From positions 33,734,437 through 33,798,436 of the forward strand of contig NC_092672.1 of assembly GCF_964355755.1 (NCBI RefSeq): 64,000 bases of DNA. The letters are read 5' to 3'. The DNA comes from Antedon mediterranea (taxonomy: Eukaryota; Animalia; Echinodermata). The notes beneath the pieces were generated by a model. It saw nothing but the letters and a program-made list of their open reading frames with translations. It did not search any database and was not told the DNA's origin. Both the position numbers and the translations under genes were made by a program. This document shows positions 30,201 through 42,200 of the stretch, piece after piece; within the stretch, counting starts at the first letter, position 1; each line of letters opens with the position of its first letter.

Positions 30201-33200
30201 TACAACCACTGAACCATCAAACAACCAGGCAGAGTTTTTTTTTCAGGATTTACTAGAAAATTTGTTAACTCCATGAAAGACAGTCTGGTGATGCCAGATA
30301 CCTACGATGTCTTGTGCTTATTCCAAAGAGTTTAGAATTATTGGTTTGATCAAAGAACTTATAACACAAGAATTTGCATTCAAAACACAGTATCGGAAGT
30401 ACAGGGTTAAAAGGTCAAACTGGGCGACGCCATTTCACAGCATGGAGCAGCGCCCCCTCTAAACTAGGAAGTCAATTACTCTACCCCCTAGAGTATTAGC
30501 AGATCCCCTCTATGATTTTGACTTTCTAATTTGATGCGGGCGCCCTACTCCTCAGTCAATTACTCTATCCCCCAGAGCATTAGCAGATCCCCTCTATGAT
30601 TTTGACTTTCTAATTTGATGCGGGCGCCCTACTCCATGGCTCACAATGGCGCCACCCATAGCTCTATTCTATCCCACAATGCCTTTCGAAATTGTTACGC
30701 GCTTCGGACGAACAGGAGATTCTTGTGTTATAAGTTCTTTGGTTTGATTAGCAATAAAAATCTTAAGCTCTGTCTACACTATCAAACTTTATGTGCAAAA
30801 AAAAATGTGATGTGTCCATATATGGACATGATGATGTCATATCACTACTACTAACCATATTTGTTGGGTATATCATGGAGTAAAGAATATTCTTTACTCC
30901 ATGGGTATATCACCAACTTATTTGGGTACATCACACTTTTTTGTCAAACTAGTTTGATAGTGTAGACAGAACTTTAGCTACATCCCTATGTAATTGTAAG
31001 GGAATTTGGACAAACCAGAATGTTCTTTTTTCGAAGAAAAAAAGAAGCAAAAATCATTAAGAGCTTTTAAAGGCTATAAGTTTACCATAGTTTCCACTTC
31101 CACAAGTCTATGATTCAAAAAGGACACTTCACTGGCCAGTAAAAAAGAAGGGAAGAGATGAAGTTGAACCCATCAAACCCCCTACCTACAAGCTTAACTG
31201 TAGCTGTCTATCAATGAGCCAACAATAAAATAGTAATAAAGGAATACATAACACATCTACAGACTATGAAATACTCAGTGAATGATCTATAGAATTAGAG
31301 AATAATACTCACCTGTCGTTCATCACCGGAATGTTTTGTTCTTACAAGTTTACTAAAAAGTAATACTGGCGCAATCTGGGTTTAACGTTTTTAACACCCT
31401 AAATATTTCTTTGTAAACAATCCTTTTTAAATTCAAATAGCACAATTACAAAAAGATTCCAAGGTTTATCAGACTAGAAAGCAGCTCTTTATTGTCAGTC
31501 CATTTTGATCAGGCAATCCACTTTAAAAATTAAATACGACAATTGTTGAATATTGACGGATTAGTTATACTTTTGATTTTGATAAATAAATGTTAACTAA
31601 AAGTACCAACATTTTAGTTTTTCAATAAAAGGAATATTTTGTATAATTTAGTTCGATTCAACAAAAGCTAATCTTAATTGAATTAGGTCATTGTGATCTT
31701 AGTGAAACACACAAAAAAAATACAAAATAAAAGAAATACATGAATTTGAATTAGAAAAACAAATTTCTGCGATTGCATATTCAATTATTCGCACAAAAAA
31801 AATAATGTTTTCACTTGTAAAATGACAAATGGAATAAATTCAACCAAAAACCCATTGGCTGGCAGCCAATTTTACCATTTTTTGCTTTAAATTACGTTTT
31901 TTTAGGTAAATACATTTTCTTTCGATCAAATTTGTGGTTAAAGTGTTACATTAAAATAACATATTCTATTTTTTTTTCCTCTAATATCCTGACTTAATTT
32001 TATATCCAGGAGGGTGGGCTTATTACCTCCATATTAAATGTAACATCCATCTGCACCTGGGGTAACAAGTGAAACATAATCTTGTTCTTCCTTGTTTTAA
32101 GTTTATCCCAAAAGAGCATGATATACTTCCAATTTTAATCACTTTTCTTTCCAATGTTTTTACAGTCCACCATGTCACACATTTGGAATTTCAAATTTGT
32201 CTAAATTGGATGGTCAGAATGTTTTGAAAGCAAAAAAGGATTTTTTGGGTTGAGTCAATTTGTTTTAATTCATAAATTTAGCCTACCTACTATTACTAAT
32301 CATTATTTTTTCATGATTTAGACTACTCTGGGGTCACCGAGGTCTGACCCCTGTGGATTCTTTTATGAGGACTTCAAAGAGAGTTAATATGATTTAAGAC
32401 TACTGATACTACAGTATACTACTAATTTGTTACCTCTCATTAAATCTGTTGCATGTTCATACTGCCCCTTGTGTCATACATATTGCTGTACTGTAGGGTT
32501 CAGGTTCAGTTCAAAGGCACCCATTGCTATCATTTACGGACCATTTCAGAATTATTTTACTGCAGTTACTGCAGTAACTACATTTTGTTGCTGTAAAAAC
32601 ATATGAATTGTTTCTATGTAAAAGTTTATAATGCACTTGAATAAACAGTGTATGATTACCTTCAAAAACCTGCTTTTACATATAGGTTAAAGAGGAGTAA
32701 GCAAAATGTAGTTTACTGCAGTAACTGCAGTAGATGAATTTTGACATGGTCTCTATAGAGGCATAGATCAACCCAAAACACAATAAACTTGATTGAACAA
32801 ACGCTTCTATATCAGCAGCACACTATCATGTAAGACGTTCATTTACAAGGCAATATAAAACAAAAGACAGACAAATATTGCTTATTATGCCTATTATAAT
32901 TGTTAAAAATATATACACAAGATGTAACCTTCTTTTGCGATGGTTCTTTTTACTGTTATTCAATTGTATATTTAAACATCTGAATGTTTATTTTGATTGT
33001 TTGGTTGATATTTTAAATATTTGTCTTTTTTATTCCTATTGGATGATATGTCTATATGTGTAGTACAGTCTCTAGTATGTAAATAAAACCGTTTGTTCTG
33101 GTGATTCCTCAAGGATTTACTTTTGTTACCCCTCAAATGTTGGTTTCCTAGGCATTCAATTATTATTGTGAACAATTTGTTCTAGAAGAAACGAATTTTG

Positions 33201-36200
33201 TCAACCTCAAGTGTTTGAAAACTTGAGAGTTGAAACCTCATGAGACCCAATACGAAAAAGGAACCTTACAGTAATATATGAAAAGAGAGAATGTACAAAA
33301 CGAAAATGAAGATCTAACTATGAAAACCAAACCCAAATAATGAAAAATAAATGCAATTATTATACAAAAAAGAAGATGCAAATATATACGAAAACTCTTT
33401 CTTTCAAACTATTTCACATTTTTTGGTTATTATTTCCATATATTATGCCTACGGTATCATTTTTCATATAGTAGGGTCTCATTTTTCATTTAGTAGGGTC
33501 TCATTTGGCACTGATATCAACGTTAATGACTTCCTTGTGACCCTGTTGTCATCTAATGCAAGTTATTCTACTAGACATGCTCTTCTCCCAATGAGCTATT
33601 TAAGCATACCAGAGGGAGCTTAAAATAATAATGTTCTTTTAAGGGTTATCATCACTGTCAACCAAAAAAATTATTAGGAAAGTAAATGTTATTGAACAAT
33701 CTTTGGGTTTCATGTAACAAACCGGTTCAGGTGGCTATTAAACCAGGTGATTATTTAAATTATAACATTTTCTTTAATTACTACTGTCACAAACTTATCA
33801 GTACTATACACTGGTCCCTCTGGAAGAACAATCTTTGACTTGAATTGAAGAGGCTACCTAGTATAAATAATAATAATATGGAGTGTGAATATGACTTATC
33901 AAAAACCTATGGGTTGGAGCCAAGCATTTCTCTTATTCGATTATATTGCAGCTATTGCATGACGTACACCTTCATCTTGTTAAAAAGTTAAAGTGTATCT
34001 GTCAAGGGATTCTTTCCTGTTATAAATTGGATATCCTGTCTGGCATGCTCCAGTAATCTGCACTACACCTGTGTGTAACACATCTACAGTGTACACTACT
34101 ACTATAGGCTACTGTATTTTTTTGTACTAGAGTGATGCTTATCACCAGAATGCATCCCAGTGGTAGAAACATACCCTCAGTGGAAGCCCTGCCCTGGATA
34201 TAGCATACCCTCGGTGTAGCCCTGCCCTGGATATAGCATACCCTCGGTGTAGCCCTGCCCTGGATATAGCATACCCTCGGTGTAGCCCTGCCCTGGATAA
34301 AAGCATACCCTCGGTGGAATCCCTGCCCTGGATAAAGCTTGTCATGGATCAGGCCCCTGAGTGGAAACCCTACCCTGGATAAGAGCCTAAAGGCCTGTGC
34401 ACACCGAACGCGAAGCCGCGAAGCGTCATGCGTCACGCGTCATTCGACGGATCGCTTTGAAAGTTGAATTGTCATGCGTCTATTAGTTTTTCTTGTCGGT
34501 TCCCACGGAACGCGTCACGATGTGCTGATTCGTCGCGATTGCTAGGCCTAGGAGATAGTGGGTTGGCCAATACAATGCTACATTTAAAATAATCAGAGAA
34601 GATGACTGAAGTATTTCCTATGTAAGTTTAACCAGAGAAGAGTTAAATTAAAATGTAATTTAACTCTTCCCTGGTTACACCAATCACAGTGTTTGGTTTT
34701 GGTGGGAAAATGTTATCCTTTTCCAAAGCCTGAAATGTGCATGATTGTATGTATATATCACAAGGACAGAAGAACATGTATCCAATATCAATACAGTTAC
34801 AAGAATTAAAGCATTTATTGCATGTTGATTACACGTACATGTGATCTGCTGACTGTATTTATTAGTGGTGTTACAAATATCTTTCAACAGAGGTTATTAT
34901 AACCATATAAAACATTTCATATAAACACGAACTGGGAATCTTCCTGGGTTTGTCACTTTCAAATATAAACTATAGGCCTATATATTAATGTAAAGTTTTC
35001 ACATTCATTTTCTAATTATTATTAAATATTATATTATTCATGACAAAACATACAGTTTTTTTCTCATTTGATTAAATGTAATAAATATCCCAAACTCATA
35101 TTTACACTGTATATTATCTTATGACTTTTTCACATAAATACACTTATTGAAATAGTAAATCATTGTTTTTAAAGGTATCATTAAATATCAACCAGATTTT
35201 CTTTTTTACTACTCCTGAATACTTTCGCAAAATAATATCAAAATAATAAATTTAAAATGTATCATCCCAAAAAAAATGAAAATTGAAGAAATATTATTAT
35301 TGTTAAAAGTGAATAACTAACCCTAAAGTGTTATACTGTATTACACACAGCGAAAATGTTTTAAATTATATTTTCAGGAAGACAATATATCTTGTCCAAA
35401 AAATGACACTAAACTTAAAGATGTATTGTCCCATAGAATCCTCAAAAATGAAGATGATTAAAATCAAATTTGAATAGGAAATTTTGTAGTTTTAACAAAG
35501 TTAATCACTTACATAGAAAAAAAAAACCAAAAAACTTATGTTTTCACTTATAAAATGAAAAAAAATCCATTAGCTCGCAGCCAATTTGACTATTTTTTTA
35601 GTATTGGAGTATAACAAAACATATACATATATTTCCATGTGTTCTCTATTGCTAAAAAAAGACATTCAGTTCAGCTTTCCTTCTATAACCACTTAATAAA
35701 TACTAGTTACAGTTCAACTCCTCCTTAATCTCTTCCATTTTCTATTAAAAAAAAATGAAACAAGTATTAAAAAATTGCTATAGTAAGGCATATTGCTCAA
35801 ATCATTTTTTTCTGGCCAATGTATGTCACCAACTGACATACCCATTTGAAAAAAGTCTATACAAACCTGTATCAGCCTCATAATTGCCAGTCCACGTTTT
35901 TGAGGAGCAATTGCTCTTAATTCCATGGCAATAATATACTGGCCGCTTAAACTACTAGCTTGGTCATTGGTGGAGTTTGTAACGCTGGTAATAGCCTGAA
36001 GGATTCCATTTATCAATGTTCATCTAATTGACCTAAAAAAAAAAAACAACAGTATTTATGTATTAATATTACTACTACTAGGCCTATCCTAGCCTTACAA
36101 CACTAAATCAACTAAATATTAGGCCTATAAATATTAATTAATTAATAATAAGTAGGCTATAGGCTAGGCCTACCTAGTAGTACTGTACTCATATTTAGTA

Positions 36201-39200
36201 GTAGGCTTAAGCTAGGCTAGGCCTGGCCTAGCACATAGTAGACTAGTAGGGATTAGTAAGTATTATGTAGGCCTATAAGTACTACTTGGCATGGCCTAGC
36301 CTACTAGGTTATATGTAGCCTAGGCTAGGTAGGCCTAGCTAGGCCCTATTGCCTAAACCTAGGTAGGCCTAGGCTAGAAATAGGCTTGTCAACTCACTTT
36401 ACAAATTGATCTCTGACGCGTTTTAGGCCTAGTTTTTCTGGCATTCTTCTACACAGATGTTTGTCTGAAATTATTGTCTTCATGCATTAATCCTTATGTT
36501 TCTGTCTGTGTATGACTTACTTCCCTTATCGTAAAGACAAGAAGGGTAAGTATTTCCATAAAGACCTCGCTCGTCAGCCACCATTTTTTTGCCGTCGGTG
36601 TCGTCGATGAGAGATATTCCTGGCTTCTGATTGGTTGACGATCGCGAACCGCGCTCGCGACGCCTCAAAAAGTTGACCAAGGTTCAACTTTTGAAAATTC
36701 GCGTGCGAAGCCTTCGCTGCTGTCGTTTTCAACGCGTTGAAGTTGAAATTCGACTATCGTACACTGTTCGCTTGTATGTTCACACTGGAAGCGTCCGTCG
36801 CCTGCCGCGTGCGTCACTTTTTAACGCGAAATTCGCGGCTTCGCGTTCGGTGTGCACAGGCCTTAACCTGTACGTTTTGTTGGTACCTCAAAGCTCACTC
36901 ACTAAAACCTAAAAGCCAAAGAGCTTCAAATCTGAGAATTTTTGTGTACTCGGATAAAAGAAAATTAAATGTACCTTATATAACATTTGACTGTAGCCTA
37001 AAAGGTGTGAAATACTACACAACAATATTCATGTCCTACATTGACTGACCAAGGAGTGACCTCCTGTTTGTCCACAATTTTAGATTGAGATTGACTGACC
37101 ACTGAGTAACCTCCTACTCTTTTGAAAGATGTATTTAGGTTTACTCTTTAAATAAAGTAAACAAAAGCTAAGTGAACACTGCACCTCCATTTTTCAGTCC
37201 TTGTCCGAAAACACTATACTTGGATTTCGGTCAAGGAGAGCTCGTCTGCCTTAAACGCTCTGATCTGAACTTCATTGTATCTCTTTGATATCGGAGGCAC
37301 AGTCTTAATGAGATGTGCAACAAGTATACAGTAAATAAAAATTACAAAATATTTACAAATGCTTTGTCATGACAAACCACTGAAAAAGTTCAGCCACTCG
37401 ACTTGGCACAAACTGTCTTGGATAGGAAGAGTCAAGATGGGCAGAATAGATTGAAAATATTCTGGACTAAGGGGGTTAGGATGAAAGAGATAATGAAAGG
37501 GGAGATTTGTAGTATATAAACAAAGCTTTTAAAATTTGAAAATTATATTCTAGTAGTATGTTATAATTTTCTTATAAATTCTTATTTATCCTCATTTAGC
37601 AATAATCCCATATTTGGCAAGAATTCAAGACAAATTAATTTAATTATTTAAATTAAAATAATAAAGATAGATAAATTAATTACCTAACTTTGATCAAATT
37701 GAACAGATTAGTAATTTAGATGGCCTGGGGAAAGTCAACTGGGCACCATGCAGGAAGTGGGTTTTGTAAAGTGCAAATAAATCCCATAGTTTTTTGGGAA
37801 ATTTCCATTTGAAAGATTGAATGATTAAGATTTTGTCTGAAGAGTAGAAAAGTTTTTACTGCATTTTTTTTATAATACATGACTTAAAATTCACCATGGA
37901 AACTAGCAATTTTCAAAGTTTTCATAATTTTCTAGTTTGCTAGTTTCAATTTATTTTCCAAATTGCAAAGATTATTTGATGAGATAAATGGTTTAAATAA
38001 AGAAAAAATTGAGGGGAAAAACCAAAAGAGCAAAGCTCGTTTTTATGGATACCATTTACTTGTTACTTTACAATTTTTGTAAATAACAATTTTTGCAGAA
38101 TTAATTGAGTTATCAAACGATTTGTTTTTTTCTGGAGTTGCTTGTTTTGCTAGTTGGGTTAATTGCTAGTGGATATTAAAAACATAAATTCCCAAACTCT
38201 GCATGAATGTGTACTGTAACAATAAAGAATTTTTTGTAACATTTCTCTACACCACACTTAGCAAAAGTTGTCCTTATAATATACTGTAACATAGCCTGTG
38301 AGGTCCATAATACAATGTTCTGTGTCATTCAGATTGTAAACATTCCAATAAAAGTGTTTTACTATGGTATATCATACTTTGATATAATTATTTATTACCT
38401 TGATTTTAATAAATAAAAGTAGAAAGCAATTTTTGTATGATTAATAGTTACTAGATTTCATAGGAATGAAACATTTCACAAACCCGGGGATCATTCTATG
38501 TTACTGCAGTACGGTAATTTTATTTAACTGCAATAACATATCATTTCAGTAGGTTTTCAATGAAGTCATTTATAAGGCAGGTACTGCGATAAACATCCAA
38601 AAAAGTGGTTGATAAATTGCATAAAGCGGTTGAAAAATAAGCAAATAGTTACAGTAAAATACTTTTGACATCGTCACTTATTGATAATAAATAATATAAT
38701 AAATAATAAAATGAATTTAGTACTGAAATAAATATTTTAATTGTTGGGAAGACTTGTGTAAAAATCTTTTTAAAAAATATATAGCCACACTCCTTGTAAA
38801 TTTTAGTGGACATTTTAGATGAAGTCAAGACCCTGGAAAATAAATTTTGTTGATAATTAGTTTGAAACCCAACTCATGGAATAAGTTTCTGATAAAACAA
38901 AAATATAATTTATGTAGACATTTTTTAGTAGCTTGGTACTGTATCTACAAAACAGCAACAAGTTAGATATTTGAATAACATGCTTTTATCTGGGTAGAAT
39001 ATCTTAAAAAGAAAATAAAATATTGTACTGTAGAATTAGTCTCTTTCACCTGGTAATATTTCTGCTATAATAAAGTAAAAGCCCTCCTTTGTGACAGCCC
39101 TATTCATGGAACATTCCTATTAAGGTCGATTTACACAGACGAGCGGTAACGGTAATATAAATATAGAATCTACGTTATTCCTTATGACAATTTACACACA

Positions 39201-42200
39201 ACGTGGAGCGGACGGGCGGTTTACGCTCAGGACAGATACAGATTCTATGTGTGACAAACTACGTGGTTTCCACTTACCGTTACCACTCGTCTGTGTTGGC
39301 CTTTTGTGCAATGTTGTCTGTTTTTAGTAGGCTGGCTTGGGTTATACCAGTGAAATTGCATTAAATTAAGAGTACACCAATTCCCTCGAAGAGGACTCTT
39401 TAGTTGATACCATGTGAACTCGTATTAAATTAAAAGTAGGCCATACACCAATGTTATATAAAATTGCCTCGCGGGTGTTAAGGTCGATTTACCAAGACGA
39501 GCGGTAACGGTAATATAAATATAGAATCTATATTATTTCTTATGACCATTTACACACAACGCGGAGCAGACGGGCGGTTTCCGCTCAGGATAGATTCAGA
39601 TTCTATGTGTGACAAACTACGCGGTTTTCCGCTTATTGTTACCACTCGTCTGTGTAAATTGGCCTTTAAGGGACACTTTCCTTTTAAAATGAATGACAGG
39701 CAAAATATTACACTATATTACAGTAAGGGTGTGGGTGTGGAGGGCACTGTTTTGAGCCCCACTGTATTTATGCTATTTTTTTATGAGTGAGCACTGAGAA
39801 AATGATGATTATGAGTTTCCGTAATCAAATCTTCCGATATATTCTAATTACAGTTTGATTATCATCACAGCCAATGGCATTTTCTAAAAATTATATCAAA
39901 GCAAGGTTTTTTTAAATTAATGTGTGGACAGACAGACAGCAGCTAAATTCTAGTTATATCCCCCTCCCCCCCCTCTCCCTTCAAGGGAGAAGAAATGCTG
40001 ATGACCGGTGGGTCCCCTGGGGGTCCATTTATTCACTACATGTGGACAGCTGGTAGGAAACATTAGAAATGTTTTTATTAGTTTAGTTTGTATATAAGTA
40101 TTAGTATATAATAACTGTCACCATTTTGTGTTTATAAGCGCCATGATTTTGGTTTAGCAAATATGTTTGGATGTTTTGAACTTTTTAATAGCTACATTTG
40201 ATTTTTGATGGCTCGTATCAGCTGTTGTTTTAGATCATTTAATTTTAGGATTCCAGAAAATGTTAGTTGAAGTTTATGTTGATGGTTTAGGTATGGCGAG
40301 CGGCCAGTTTATGTTAAGGGGAAGATTGTATCTTATAACATCTAAAACTGTTGTCTACACTATCAAACTTTATGTGACAAAAAAAATGTAATGTGCCCAT
40401 ACATGGACATTATGATGTCATACCACTACCATATTAGGGAATATCACTACCATATTTGGGCACATCACACTTTTTTTGTCAAACTAGTTTGATAGTATAA
40501 ACAGAGCTTTAAATACTCCATTCATGTATGCCTAGAATGTTAGCCTTTTTCCTTCATTTCTTATATTACCTAGTTTTTCTTTTCTTCCATCCTATTACCT
40601 TGGGTAAATCTTTTTCCAGTATACAATATTTTTAGATAGCAATTTCACTTATATAATTTGTTCAAATTTTGAAAAGTAATTAAAAATCCTTTTCTTTGAT
40701 AGAGGCAGATTGAGAGGGGCACATCAGACGTGAGCCCCCTACCTTTAAACTGAAAACAAAAGTACCCAAACCTCATCCCAGGGTATTGTCTGTCAGCAGA
40801 AAATGTGTTCCCCTCTATACTTAATGCTATATCAGCTCCTGTTTGATTTGTATGCAGCAGATACAGAGGCCAACACATTTTAGTTTTCAGCGGGTTAAAA
40901 AATATGTGCATATTGTGTAAAAAGTTAATAGAGTATACTCATCTCCGAATGGAAGCATTGTGAATGATTGAATGATTGTGAAATTGTTTTGATATGTTGG
41001 AAATTGAAAACATATTTATCTTTTGCCAGGATATGGGTATTCATCTTGATTCCTGAAATTATATTAAGTTGTTGGACAGTGTTAAATGATTGGCCGTCAA
41101 AACATCATAATATTTTCACTAACCTGATTTAATATTGATGGTGCAGTATCAAATTTATTAAACTTTGTTCTACAAAGACAATCTAACAACAAGACACTGA
41201 GCTTGCCTTGCCAAGATAGGAACTCGTAACAGTCCTTTGATCTTATGGCTGTGTTTCCGATAATTAACCGATAAAAATTAACTGATAATTAACTGATAAA
41301 CTGCCTGTGGAAACGGGGTTTAACCGATTCCACTTGAGAAAAATTACTGATGATTATCTCCTTTCTCGGATAATTATCGGATGAATGCGATTTTTAACCT
41401 TTGTCCTGGAGGACAAATTGTTGCGATGTGATGGGCATCCGGTTGATTGGGTAATAACTGATAATACGCACTTTGTTGGTTAAAAAATTAACCGATAATG
41501 TTTTTTGGCTTCGGAAGCACGGCCTATGTCTGGCTGCGACAAATACCAACAATACTATTATGAACATATTCTCTGCGGCGCGCAGTGTCTGTTAAAGGGC
41601 GTGGAACTGATTGTGTCGCAGCCACAGATCAACCTTTCAAAGCTCAGCATCCTGTTGTTAGAATGCCTTTGTTCTACACACTATTCATATCCCCCATTTT
41701 GTCCATCTGATCTCCTGGTAACTTTCAATCCTAATTAATTCAATATGCCAACATTAGATACTGGAACATGTCATTATTCTGAATTATTTTCATTATTCTA
41801 CTACACTTTACTGCAGTAACTGCTTTTTTTACTGCAAAAATATCGGATTTCAATTTTATGGAGCAGTCACTGCAATAAACAGTGCGTTTATAGTGACCCA
41901 AACAATTTCCGAGTCTTGCTAAAGAATTGGCATAGACAGGTTAAGGAGGAGTTACTGCAGTTACTGCAGTAGAGTAATCTTGACATGGTTCTGATTATAG
42001 ATTGAAACACCTTTGCACAATCTTCTTTTAAACCACATTTTTAAATTATCTCAATACTTATTTTTAAAATAATTTTTATGTTGAAAATGTGTGTAGTTGG
42101 TCGCTTTCTTGTAGATGCTGTAATTTTTTTGGGGGTTTATCTCTGTTCTGGGTTGACCTACTAGCACAGGTGTTTAGCTTAGGTTGTAGCTAACAATACT

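Noticed and set aside
30446-30463. CTCF site (cagcgccccctcta)
   Set aside because: Only a partial motif match; cannot be supported without binding data.
34020-34436. 138-aa ORF with [11 protein letters not shown] repeats
   Set aside because: Translation of the 33-bp minisatellite plus the transposon TIR.
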